Source of the DNA: the human T2T-CHM13v2.0 reference genome, Homo sapiens
Assembly (NCBI RefSeq): GCF_009914755.1
Contig: NC_060935.1
Length of the DNA: 64,000 nucleotides
Reading direction: 5' to 3' (one strand)
Both the position numbers and the translations under genes were made by a program. Below the pieces are notes generated by a model that saw only the letters and a list, made by a program, of their open reading frames with translations, was not told where the DNA came from and did not search any database. Numbering within the stretch: position 1 is the stretch's first letter; every line of letters begins with the position of its first letter. Shown here piece after piece: positions 1 to 14,336 of the stretch.

Positions 1-423
1 AGGAACGTTAGGTAACTTGCCTAATAAGTAGAAGAGCAGGAATGAAGGGTAGGGCTGAATGTTTCCAACATTAATGCCTTTAACCATCCCAGAATGTCCT
101 AGGCAAGCCCAGGGCAGCTGAAGTCTGAGCTCAGGCTAAAATTAAAGCAAGGGATGGCAGGGTGTGTTTGGAGTTGGTGGTAGGGCAGTGCCCCTCTGGA
201 GGGTGCATGGGTGCGAGGAATGTTGCCCTGGCCACACCCAGAATGGGAGACAGCCCTTGCCACATAAATTCTGTTTCCGGTATGCTCTGGTGCCAGCCAG
301 CACCCCTCCTCCCCCTATCTCAGCTGAGCCAAGCCACAAAGGAGTTGAACTGCTGCCGAGGGTGGTGAGAGTGCCAGCCAACTCAAAGTCTGGTGGGGAG
401 CTATAGTTAAAAGTAAAGCCTTT

Positions 424-1060
<637 letters not shown>

Positions 1061-2576
1061 AAAAGTAAAGCCTTTGACTAGAGGGGTCAAGAGTCAACTT
1101 GACCAAATAAGGGACAATTTGAGCATCAAAAAAAAATAATAAAAATAACTGTACACAAACTGAAACACATCAAATATGTTAAAACCCACGTGTTCATAAG
1201 GATATTTTTTAAAAACACTAGGCATCTTTGGAGGATGGAAAAGAATCACCCTATTATTCCAAAAGCTGGTAAATAAAGGAAAAGATTCAAGCATTTCCTA
1301 ACTGAATTGTCCTCACGGAATGCAATTTAAAACTACAACAAACCCCAAAGCTACAAACCAATACTTGTAAGGTAGCCATATATGTATGCAAAAACAGAAA
1401 AATATTTGGAAGAATACGCACCAGGTTGTACAGAGGGGAAAGGCTGTACAGATGGGAAGGATGGTCAAAGGGGACATTAGTTTTTATGCTAATAGTTTTG
1501 GTTTTTGGCTTTTGGCTTTTTTTGAGACATGATCTCATTTTGTCACCCAGGCTGGAGTGCAGTGGCACTATCACAGCTCACTGCAGGAAGCCTCAGCCTC
1601 CCCAGCTCAAGTGATCCTCCCACCTCAGCCTCCCAAGAAGCTAGGACTATAAGCACATACCATTATCCTTGGCTAATTTTAATATTTTTTGTAGGGATGG
1701 GATCTCACTATGTTGCCCAGGCTAGAGTTTCGGTTTTTCAGACAAAGTGAATGTGTTCACGTATTTCTCCTGGAATTAAATACATTCTTTCTTTTTTAAG
1801 TCGAAGCTTTAGAGTCAGAGCCTCCTAAGTTCGAATTCCCTCTCTGACTTTTGGGCAGCCCCCTCTCTATACTTACCAGTATATCATTCCTCCTATCCAT
1901 GAAGTTGGCAGTAATTATGCCTACTTCATAGGATTGCTTATTAACTACCTGGTGTGGATTAAATAAAAGAAGTGTTTAGCATGGTGTCTGGACCCCTGAG
2001 CACTTGGGAAATGTGGCTGCTATTGGGTCTAAAGGAAGAAGGAAACTAAGAAGGAATTGGAGGGAAGGAGGGAAAGTAGAGGGACTGGCCCTGCCTGGAG
2101 GCGAGGGAGACAGAGCCCTTTCTGACAGCCCCCATTGCCACCCACACAGCTGGAGCCCTTTCCCTGGACCCTCCCTCCCCAGCTAATCCCTCCCACTGAG
2201 GATGATGTGACAGAGGAGGCGGCCTGTGGGGTAAACCAAGGGCTGCTCTCCCTGAGCCCACCATTCCTGCCTTCAGGAGGCTTAGCAGAGCCACTGGTAG
2301 TTTGGCCAGAGGAGGGCTTGGAAAAGCATAAACGCAAACTTTGGCCACAGTAGAACCAGACCCCATGCGGCAGCTGAGGCTGGGGAGCCTCCAGGGTCAT
2401 AACCCAGCACCGTGGTTCCTTCCCACAGTGTCTGAGAGAGCCAGACCCCCAGAACTCAGCATGTGCCCATGTGCCCTCCATGCCAGAGCTGTAGACCAAC
2501 AAGAATACACATAATCATCACTAATAGGGTGGTTGTTCCTCAAATCAAAGCTTTAAAACCGTTTCTGGGGACTTAC

Positions 2577-2585
2577 CAAAGCCAT
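2577..2585 (-). CDS. PLAAT2: PLAAT2 (HRASLS2) first coding exon, Met-Ala-Leu; the remaining exons lie left of the window
   Basis: The minus strand reads gaaggATGGCTTTG|gtaagt: good Kozak context and a consensus donor at 2576-2571. MAL matches the recalled PLAAT2 N-terminus (MALARPRPR). The short phase-0 first exon mirrors PLAAT3, and PLAAT2 is the known downstream neighbour. Confidence 0.8.
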
Positions 2586-2629
2586 CCTTCCTTCAAGATG
2601 ATGTCTTGTGTGTTGCTGACTCTGTGTCC

Positions 2630-2665
2630 AGCCTTAAATTAGCTCTGAGTTTCACTTTCCCTGTG
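2630..2665 (-). promoter_or_regulatory. PLAAT2: PLAAT2 proximal promoter: ISRE (2648-2661) and TATA-like element (~2632-2641)
   Basis: AGTTTCACTTTCCC fits the ISRE consensus AGTTTCNNTTTCNC. The minus strand has TAATTTAAGG about 50 nt upstream of the ATG. Confidence 0.7.
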
Positions 2666-2697
2666 ACCCAGCCCATATACAACTATTTCAGAACATA

Positions 2698-2999
2698 GGC
2701 TGGGTGCGGTGGCTCACACCTGTAATCCCAGCACTTTGAGAGGCTGAGGCGGGAGGATCACAAGGTCAGGAGATCGAGACCATCCTGACTAACACGGTGA
2801 AACCCCGTCTCTCCTAAAAAATAGAAAAAATTAGCTGGGCATGGTGGTGGGCACCTGTAGTCCCAGCTACTCCAGAGGCCGAGGCAGGAGAATGGCGTCA
2901 ACCCAGTAGGCAGACCTTGCAGCGAGCAGAGGTCGTGCCACTGCACTCTAGCCTGGGCGGCAGGGCGAGACTCAGTCAAAAAAAAAAAAAAAAAAAAAA
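2698..2999 (+). mobile_element. AluY immediately upstream of the PLAAT2 promoter
   Basis: Full dimeric Alu with AluY diagnostics (gagatcgagaccatcctg, gaatggcgt), an A tail and TSD cagaacatag. Confidence 0.9.
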
Positions 3000-4790
3000 C
3001 AGAACATAGATCAAGGTTCATGTAAAATTTTCCCTGTCTTCAAACAGGGGCAGAGCACATATCAAGTAGGCAAGGCGGCATGAAAATCAGCCAGACAGAA
3101 GAGGAATCAGAGCTCAGGATATAGATTGAGAAGGACTTAGTGGCAGTGTGGTCAGGGGCACAGCTGACAATCACCAAGTTTCAGGTGGAACAAGCAAGAT
3201 CCAGTGGTTGTGGGGGCAAGGGAGGATATAGAGACAGAGACCATGGGGGAAAATTTCAAAAAGGAGAGAGGAGCCCCAGAGAGACTGAGATTCATGCCTC
3301 CAAATTGGGAATGATGGTTGCCGGGACAGGCAAACATTTCCACCAACCTCAAACCCCATGGCCCTAGAAAAATCGTATTATTGGAGGCACATTCCTCTAC
3401 CCTGGAAACAGAGTGAGCCTGCTTGGACAGCAGTATAGAAACCACTCCCCTTTCTGCCTCTCACCCACAGTTCAGAAACACTCATTCCACACCAAATGGA
3501 AACCAAAACCCAGTACTGGGTGTGTAGAGGTTGCTTCTTTGAGGCACCTGCATGCTTATCTCACCCAAGCTCCAAATAAGTATCTCTTCTGTCATCTACA
3601 TATAGTTGTCCGGTCCTGAGCAAACTGGACAGGAAGGGGTGGGTGGGGCTGGGGGGAGCTGAGCATCCTCACTGTGGGGCATGGGGGCGAGGACCAATAA
3701 CTTACCCTCTTCAGGCTATAAACAAACAAACAAACAAAGAGCTTTAGTGTGGGGATGCAGATGGACTGGAGCCAGAACTGGAAAACTCTTTGGGAGCCAC
3801 AGCAGTTCTGCATGACCAGCTACTCCCTCAGCTCACGTGGTCATGTGGTCTTGCTCCCATGGAGACGGCCTCTCTCAGCACCTCCACTCCATTCTCCTCT
3901 GAGTTGCAGTGGGACAATCTTCAAAGTATTCCTTCTGGAGGGAGACAGTAGGGTTGGCTTGGCTAATTATCTCCTGCCCCATTGTCCAGAGACCTCTGGG
4001 CCGGTCCCACTCAGGCTTGCTGATCATCTTTTTAGGGGCTGACCTCCAGTCCAGCAATCTCAGTTCTTCCTATGCCTGCCCTCCCCTTGCAACCACATCA
4101 CACCCCTGTTTCCTGGGGCAGGAGGACTTCCACGTGCTGTCTGCTGAAAGGATCTCAGGTGGGTTGGCACAATGACCAACCAGACCATGCAGGGCGGAGT
4201 TGGGGAGGAACATCACTGTACTCATGCTGGGGCTTGTGGCTTTTCACCGAATCCAAGCTGTTCAGAGTGTCAGGAAATTATGTCCAGGAGCTATAGGAAA
4301 GGAGAGTCTGCAAATCAAGGGCCAGTGGAATGAGAATTCTGCTGTCTCCCTACTGTTCATGCTGAGCAGGAAAGGTGACAAAGTTCTACTGACAGAGAAC
4401 AGGGTAGGGCAGGCCACACCCAGCCTGCTGGTAAGCTCTAGGCCTACAGCCTGGAATACTTACATTTTTGTTCACATGCACGCTCTCTATGTTTGTTTAA
4501 TTGTATAAAAGGCTATAAAAGGAAAGATAAGCCTCCATTCTCCCCACCTCCAGCCTCCAGCCTCCAGCAACCCAGTTCCCCTTTCTAGAGGCAATGTTAT
4601 CTTTCTATGTACATGCCAGGAATATCTTGGGCTACATATAATTTTAATGGGCTTTGGCCGGGCACAGTGGCTGATGCCTGTAATCCCAGCACTTTTGGAG
4701 GCCAAGGTGGGTGAATCACTTGGGTCAGAAGTTCGAGACCAGCCTAGCCAACATGGCAAAACCCCGTCTCTACTAAAAATACAAAAATTA

Positions 4791-4913
<123 letters not shown>

Positions 4914-5134
4914 TTACAGAGTGAGACTATGTCTCAGAAATAAATAAATAAATAAATAAAGGATTTTATTAAATCTTATATCCATATAGAAGAATAATTG
5001 CAACATAAGTATAAAACACTAGAAATAATAACAAAACAGGTACCAATAAACCTAGTTGAAGAAATAGAAAATAACCAATTTCTTAAATAAGCCCTGTGTC
5101 CCACAAAAACCTGTCCACAGATGTTCATAGCAGC

Positions 5135-5946
<812 letters not shown>

Positions 5947-6365
5947 TCAGCATTATTCATAATTGCCAAAAGGTGACACCCAAGTGTTCATCAACTGACG
6001 AATAAATGACGAAATGTGGTATATTCGTATGATGTGATATTATTCAGCCATAAAAAGGAAGTACTGATACATGCTAAAATATAGAGGAAGCTTGAAAACA
6101 TGATAAGTGAAAGAAGCTGGTCACAAAAGCCATATAGTATATGATTCCATTTATTTGAACTGTCAAGAATGGGAAAACACACAGAGACATAAAGCAAATT
6201 CATGATTGTAATGATTATTTAGGGATGGAAGGGCTAGGGGATTCAGGTTGTGTTTCTTTTTAGGTGATGAGAAGGTTTTAAAGTTGATTGTGGTAATAGT
6301 TTCATGACTGTGAACATGCTAAAGGGCATCGAATTATATACTTTAGTAAGTGAACTATATGGTAC

Positions 6366-7058
6366 TGAGGCAGGATAGATAGTCAAGGAGATGACCACGT
6401 CCTTGGGACATGGCAACCACACTGTCAACAGCACAATGAGCCCTGTAACCATGTTCATTGGGACATAGCAACCGCACCAACAACACAACAAACCTCAGCA
6501 CTCACATTGTAATCAAGCTCATCCAAGCAGAACTACCTTCACTGGGGACTTTCCCCTGTAGAGAGCATGTGCATTTTCACTTTGCTTGTCCTCAGAATGA
6601 CCCTTTGCTCATTATAATAGTAAAAAACACACCCCTGGGTAGAGATTTAAGACGGCAATGAGACATGCAATGTATGAACAAGCATGTACAGCAACTGCTC
6701 ATGTGCACCCAGAGGACCACCCAGAACATGATTACTAGGAACACACCTCTTCCCACCCACTATGAATAATCACATAAGACTCTCATAAAGGGAGTTCCCT
6801 CAGAGCCAGTCTTTGCTGACTCACTCTTGATCAGCCCACTCTGACTTATCTTTCAGAGTGTACCTTTCAGAGTGTATCTTTCAGAGTTTTATCTTTGCAC
6901 TAAATTACTTTCAGCTGTTTCTTTTTACACTCAGCTTTCAGAGTGTTCTTTCTCTTTTGCAATACATTGCTTTCTGTTGTTCCTCTATGGTTGTGTCTCT
7001 TGTTAAAATTATTTTAACCAAGAAGACAAGAACAGAGGTCTCACAATCACCGTCAACA
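6366..7058 (+). mobile_element. Solo ERV LTR (family not assigned) inserted in an L1M 3' end
   Basis: TG...CA termini (tgaggcaggatag ... ccgtcaaca) and a 4-bp TSD gtac/gtat. The host L1 3' end resumes after it (gtatgtaaattatacctc). Confidence 0.75.
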
Positions 7059-7437
7059 GTATGTAAATTATACCTCAGTGAAGCTATTACCAAAAAAATT
7101 AACCCTGTGTTCCTCTTCCTCCTAATGCAGTTGTAGCCACTCTCCTGAATTTTGTCTCTATTGTCCTATTGATTTTTAAATTTTTTTATAAACACATCCC
7201 TTAATAATATATAAATGTAATCCTTAACAATATACATTTAGTTTATAATTTTTAAAGTTTGTAAAAGTAGAATCAAACATCAAGCATTCCATAACAATAT
7301 TTTTGGTTCAATATTAGGTTTCATACCCATGTTGATTGGCCATAGCTATTCATTCATTTGCATGGTACTCCCATGTGGCAAATGGGAATGTGCCACAGTT
7401 TACTTATCCTGACTCCTGTCAACAATCACTGGAGGTT

Positions 7438-8118
<681 letters not shown>

Positions 8119-8306
8119 GGGTGTTCCCAGTGTGTCACCATTACTGAACAGGTTACTGTTAATACTCTCCATAGTATGTTTTGATAAACAGATGTTCTTA
8201 TCTAATGTAATGAAATTTATCTCTTTGTACCTTACTTTTTGTCTTTATTTTTTGTGCTTATGAACTACAGTAAGGTCATAAAGATGTTCTCCTGTATTTG
8301 CTTCTA

Positions 8307-8637
<331 letters not shown>

Positions 8638-8726
8638 TCACATGTAAGTCTGAAATTCTCCCCAAACTGACTTTTTCTGTGCAGTGCAAAGTCCATGTGG
8701 TTATATGTGAATACCATTTACTAGTT

Positions 8727-9178
8727 AGGGATCAACAAACTATAGCCTACAGGCAAATGCAGGCCTTCATCTGTTTTTGTTTTGTTTGTAATAGACACTG
8801 GGTGTCACTATGTTGCCCAGTTCAAATAATCCTCCTGCCTCTGCCTCCCAAAGTGCTGGGATTATAGGTGTGAACCACCATGCCTGGTCTCCTTTGCCCG
8901 TTTTTGTACAGCCCAGTAGCTAATAATGGTTTCTGCATTTTAAATGGCTGAGAAAAACAAAAAGAAAGCTAATAACTCATGACCCATGAAAATTATATGA
9001 AATTTAAATCTCAATGCACATAAAGTTTTATTAGAACATATCCATGATCATTTGTTCACGTACAGTATTGTCTATAGCTGCTCTTACAATACCACAGCAG
9101 AGGTGACTAACTACAACAGACACTGTGAACACCACGTAAGGCTGTCTAGCCCTTACCAAAAAAGTTTGCCAATCCCTC
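8727..9178. mobile_element. MER58-type hAT-Charlie MITE; a second copy lies at ~41795-42448
   Basis: Termini agggatcaacaaacta ... aaaagtttgccaatccct, with internal catgaaaattatatgaaatttaaat. Confidence 0.7.
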
Positions 9179-9229
9179 AATAGTTCATCCTTTCCCCCCA
9201 TGATCTGCAGTACTGTCTCTGTTGTAAAT

Positions 9230-10640
9230 TAGAGTTTCATTTATTTGTGGGTCTGTTTTGGAAATTTGGCTCAATCCATTGGCCAATTTAACTATCTCTA
9301 CACCAAAAATACACTATCTTGATCACAATAATAATTTATAATAAGCCTTAATAATAACACAAGTCTCCCTGCCTGATGTTCCTTCTTTGTTAATGAAATA
9401 GCTAACCCTGCCTCTTTACTTTTCCAAATACATTTCAGAATCTGGCTTCCAATTCCAGGAAAGACCTTGTTGGGATTTGGTTTGGAATCACATTGAATCC
9501 ATAGGTGAGTTTTGAAAGAAACTGACATACTTATGCCATTGAGGCTTCCTATCCATTAATGATATATCTCTCTCCATTTATGAGGTCTTCTTTAATGTCC
9601 TTCAATATTTTCTCCATAGAGGTCTCACTCATTTGTTACCATAATCCTTGGTAAAACTCACCTACACGACCATCCAGGCACACCATTTCTTTGTAGAAAA
9701 AGTGTTAACTACTGATTTATCCTTTAATGAGCAAAGGACTGCTTAGATTTTTAAATATTTTCTTGGTTCAATTTTGATGACATTTTTCTTGGAATATATC
9801 AATTCCATCAAAATTTTCCAATTTTTTATAATTATTTATCAATATTTGTTTTTGCTGGTTTAATCTCTGCAGCATCTATAGTTGTGGTCTCTTTTTTACT
9901 CCTAAATCATTTGCTGTGCCTTCTCTCTTTTATATGCTTGTTTTTCTTCATTTATTTTTGCTCATATCTTTGTATTGTCTTCCCCTTTTTCTGTCTTCTT
10001 AAATTGGATAATTAACTCCTTAACTTGCACCTCTCCTTCCTTTCTTTCTTTTTCTCTTCTTCTTTTGCTTTCTTTCTCTTTTTCTTTTCTTTTCTCCAGG
10101 CTAGTATTGAATTCCTAGCCTCAAGCGATCCTCCCACCTCAGCCTTGCAAAGTGCTGGGATTACAGGCATAAGCCACCATGCCAAGTCACCTTTTCCTTT
10201 CTTAATGTAAGGATTTATGCTACAAAATTTTTTCTAAGCACCCCTTTAGCTGCATGGTCCAAATATTGGTATCTAGTATTTTTGTTATCATTCAGCTCTA
10301 AATATTATCTAACTCCCATTAGTTTTCTTTTTTTGACTCATAATGTATCTAGCAGTATATTCTAAAATTCCTGAAAGTATAGGGTTTTTCTGGTTATCTC
10401 TCGCTATTGATTCCTGAATTAATTGCTTTACGGTTAAAGAAGATTATTTCTACGTTACTAATCTAAAATTTGTTGGCTTGCTTTAAGACTCTCATAAATA
10501 TTCCATGTGTGCAGTTGAAAAGAATCTGTATTTCACAATTATATTATATATGGTCATTAAGTAAGCTTGTTGGTAAATTTTCTATGTCTTTATAGACTTC
10601 TATGTTTCCTTCATTCATCAGTTCCTTAGAAAGGTGTATT
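9230..10640 (-). mobile_element. Old L1M (L1ME-like) ORF2 fragments
   Basis: Degenerate antisense L1 ORF2 motifs (ttgggatttggtttggaatcacattgaatccatagg; cttcctatccattaa; ttagctgcatggtccaaatattggtat). Confidence 0.65.
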
Positions 10641-10649
10641 TAGATCTCC

Positions 10650-12010
10650 CACTATGATGATGTTTGTCCTCTCCAAACTTCATGTTGAAACTTAATCCCA
10701 AATGTGGCAGTATTGAAAGATGGGTCTTTTGGCAGGGTGTGGCGGCTCATGCCTGTAATCCCAACACTTTGGGAGGCCGAGGCAGGCAGATCACCTGAGG
10801 TCAAGAGTTCAAGATTAGCCTGGCCAACTTGGTGAAACCCCATCTCTACTAAAAATAGAAAAATTAGCCAAGCATGGTGGCACACACCCATAATCCCAGC
10901 TACTCAGGAGGCTGAGGCAGGAGAATTGCTTGAACCCAGGAGGCAGAGGTTGCAGTAAGCCGAGATCCCACCACTACACTCCAGCCGGGGTGACAGAGTG
11001 AGACTCTATCTCAAAAAAAAAAGGAAGAAAGGAAAGGAAGGAGAGGAGAGGAGAGAAGAAAAGAGGAGAGGGGAGGGGAGGGGAGGGAAGGGGAGGAGAG
11101 GGGAGGGGAGGGAGGGGAAAAGAAAAGAAAGAAAGAGAGAGCAAAAGAAAGAAAGAGAGAAAGAAAGGAAGAAACAAAGAAAGGAAAAGAAAGAAAGAAA
11201 GAAAGAGAAAGAAAGGAAGGAAGAAACAAAGAAAGGAAAAGAAAGAAAGAAAAAGAAAGAAAGGAGGAGGAAGGGAGGGAGGGAGGGGAAGGAAGAAAGA
11301 GAAAGAGAGAAAGAAAGATAGAAGAAAGACAGAGAGAGGAAGGAAGGAAGGAGGGAGGGAGAGAAGGAGGGAGGGGAAGGAAGGAAGGAAGAGAGAAAGA
11401 GAGAAAGAAAGGAAGAAACGAAAGAAAGAGAGAAAGAAAGGAAGAAAGAAAGAGAGGAAGGAAGGGAAGGAAGGAAGGAAAAGAGAGAAAGAACAGAGAA
11501 AGAGGAAGAAAGAAAGAGAGAAAGAGAGGGAGGGAGGAAGGAAGGAAAAGAGAAAGAAGAAAAAGAAGAAAAGAAAGACAGGAAGGAAAGAAAGAAAAGA
11601 AAAGGAAGGAAGGAAAGAAAGGAAGGAGGGAAAGAAAAAGAAGAAAGAAAAAGAAGAAAGAAAAAATAAAGAGCCTTTAATTGGTGATTGGATCATAAAG
11701 GCTCCACCGTCATGAATGGATTAACCCATTCATGGATTAATGAGTTAATGAATTAGTGGTTTATCACAGGAATGGGACTGGTGGTTTTATAAAAAGAGGA
11801 AGAGAGAACTGAGCTAACACACTCAGCCTCCTCACTATGGGATGCCCTGTGCTGCCTCCAGACTCTGTAGAGAGTCCCCACCAGCAAGAAGGCCCTCACC
11901 GGATGCACCCCCTTAACCTTGGACTTCTCAGCCTCCAGATCTATAAGAAGTCAAATCATCTCTCATTAATTACCCACTTTCAGGTATTCTGTTATAAACA
12001 GCAGATGATG
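10650..12010 (+). mobile_element. MST-type MaLR LTR split by an Alu and its expanded purine tail
   Basis: Contains tgtttgtcctctccaaacttcatgttgaaacttaatccc ... ttggacttctcagcctccaga ... ttcaggtattctgttata. Confidence 0.75.
11011..11670 (+). repeat. ~660-bp GA-rich polypurine tract (GAAA/GGAA/GGAG units) grown from an Alu tail
   Basis: The + strand is almost entirely A/G directly after the Alu at 10730-11021. Confidence 0.95.
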
Positions 12011-12253
12011 AATTCCTCTTTGCAATCAGTCAAAAATTTCATTATTTTGAGACTTATTAAATGCAAGCAAGTTATATATTTCTAGTGAATTAAAACTTTT
12101 ATCAGAATTTTTTTGTCCTCTGTCTAGTAATAACTTGCTTTAAAGCCTATATTTTCTTTTTCTTTTTTTTTTTTTTTTTTTTTTTGAGACAGAGTCTCAC
12201 TCTGTTGCCCAGGCTGGAGTGCAGTGGCGCGATCTCGGCTCATTTCCATTTCA

Positions 12254-12256
<3 letters not shown>

Positions 12257-12320
<64 letters not shown>
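12257..12320 (+). repeat. (TG)32 microsatellite inside a broken antisense Alu
   Basis: Perfect dinucleotide run read directly from the sequence. Confidence 0.95.
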
Positions 12321-12323
<3 letters not shown>

Positions 12324-14103
12324 TTTTTTAGAGACAGTCTCGCTTTGTTGCCCAAGCTGTTCTCTAACTCCTAGACTCAAGGGGTCTTCCTGCCTCAGCC
12401 TCCCAACTAGCTGGGATTACAGGCAGACACCACTGTACCGATTTTATTTATATTTTATCTGTTTTTATATTTTGAATGTATCAGCTGTAAACTGTATTCC
12501 CTGGATTTGTTTTTTAATCCAGTGTAATGTTTGCCTTTTACTTTGCAAATTTAGTCCACTTAGGATTACTTATATATTTGGAATTAGTTCCTCCATTCTA
12601 TTTTTTTATTTCTATACATGTCATCTGTTTTATGTAATTTTTTTCTCATTTATTGTGTGGTTTGGTTTTGGGTTTTTTTTGTTTTGCTTTGTTGTTGTTT
12701 TTAATTGAACCAGGTGTTTTTGTTTTGCCTTCTTGTGTTTGTTTTTCTCATTCCTTTTTCCCCCATAATTAGTTTGGAGGTTTACATTCCATGTGTCCCC
12801 CTCACCTTATACCATGTGAGAGAGCGAGCTTCCAAAGACCTACTGCTTGTTGACCTGTGTCCCTTAAGTTTGGGGAGCTCGAGAACTGGCATTAAGTGCT
12901 ACATCTAAAAAGCTGGGGCAAAAAAAAAAAAAAAGGAAACTGTACTGAAAGAAAATGATTATTCTATCAACACTAGGACATGAATGGGCAGGTGTTTACC
13001 CTACACCAGAAGTGGACCCGGCAGGAAGGAGCTGGCATGGAGCCCTCTGTAAATCCTGCCCAGGCCTCCAAAAGACAGAATTGTCCCCAGACAACCTGGA
13101 GATGAAGGAAACATTCACAAGCAAGTAGGGAAGCATCGCCCTGTGGAAGGAAAGACCGTCGGCCCCAGGGGAGTACATCTGAGGAATACTCAGAAAAAAA
13201 CCCTTCAGAAAAATGGTCACTTTGAACACCTGCCAAGCCCAGCAAGCAACAGCTGCAAGACCTCAAATGACCAGTCACACAACATGGTACCTTCTCCCAG
13301 CCTGACCCGTAAGGGCTCAGCAGCAGGGACGTCAACCATGAGCCCAGCCACATCCCTAATCCACTAAGCTCTCAGGCAACATTTGCACCATGTGACCCAC
13401 CATCAGGCATAGGCGATAGGTCTAGTGGAGATCACCTGACCCAAAGGTAGCCAATGGGAAAGTTGAGTTATCTGGCGAACTGAGCCAATCAGATTCTCTC
13501 CTGGAGGTGCCACTGGGAGTGTGGACCCACAGACAGCGGGGAAAGAATCTGAGCCAATGTGGGAGGAGAGGAGCAGGCAGGAAGGTGGGTCAGAGACTTG
13601 GGGATCATGGCAAGCAGAAGCAGTGAGGAAGCAGGAGTGCCAAGGAGATGGAAGCAACAAGGCAAAGGAAAGACGTGTAGAGCAAAGGAAAATAAGGGAA
13701 ATTTTAGTAAGATTGGCAAGCATCTATACTAAATTTCCTTATAGCCGAGGACTTTTTTTTTTTCAACTCAGCTGAACATCTACAGACTCCAGCTGCTGAG
13801 TCTCAGAGGCCATCCTAGATCTAGTTCCGGGCCAAGGGTCCTGGCTGTCTGCTGCTTTCTGTTCTTGTGTATTATGTCTTTCTGTCTCCCTTCCGCCCCG
13901 CATGTATCCTGACGACCAGAAACGCCCTCTACTTGAGATAACTGGAGCTGGACTCTGCCTCCTGCAATGCAAAGAACACAGCACGCAAAAAGAAAGTGAA
14001 AGACAATCCCTGACCAGGAAGACAGCCCGGCTGTTCCCTGAACAGACTTCACACCAGGCAGTTCTTGCTGCACTTCCCCCAATAAAATCCTCCCTCGTTT
14101 TGC

Positions 14104-14114
14104 TTTATTTTATT
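14104..14114 (-). terminator. PLAAT3: PLAAT3 polyadenylation signal (overlapping AATAAAATAAA)
   Basis: The + strand tttattttatt lies ~120 nt after the stop codon. U-rich then G-rich sequence follows on the minus strand. Confidence 0.75.
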
Positions 14115-14234
14115 CTGTGAAAATAAGCCTTATTATAAATCACAATGAAATCCACAAACCAAACCCCAAACTCTCTAGCAAAACAAGACCCCCTTGATGT
14201 ATAAAGTCATCGCTGACAGGACAGTCTTTTTCAG

Positions 14235-14336
14235 TTATTGCTTTTGTCGCTTGTTTCTTGAGAACATGACTCCAATAAGGCTCATGGCTGCCAAGCCCAT
14301 TCCTGCAACGCTTGCAGCGATGATGACATCTCTGAC
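14235..14336 (-). CDS. PLAAT3: PLAAT3 last coding exon: [33 protein letters not shown], the C-terminal membrane anchor
   Basis: Acceptor ctctttgttgcag|GTCAGA; 102 nt including TAA; matches the PLAAT3 C-terminus. Confidence 0.97.
   Translation of the reverse strand, partial: VRDVIIAASVAGMGLAAMSLIGVMFSRNKRQKQ

Noticed and set aside
186-203. CTCF-like motif ccctccagaggggcactg (minus strand)
   Set aside because: The spacing does not fit the core consensus, so it cannot be supported without ChIP data.
10974-11696. 240-aa F/L/S-rich ORF and the opposite K/E/R-rich ORF
   Set aside because: Artefacts of the stop-free homopurine tract.
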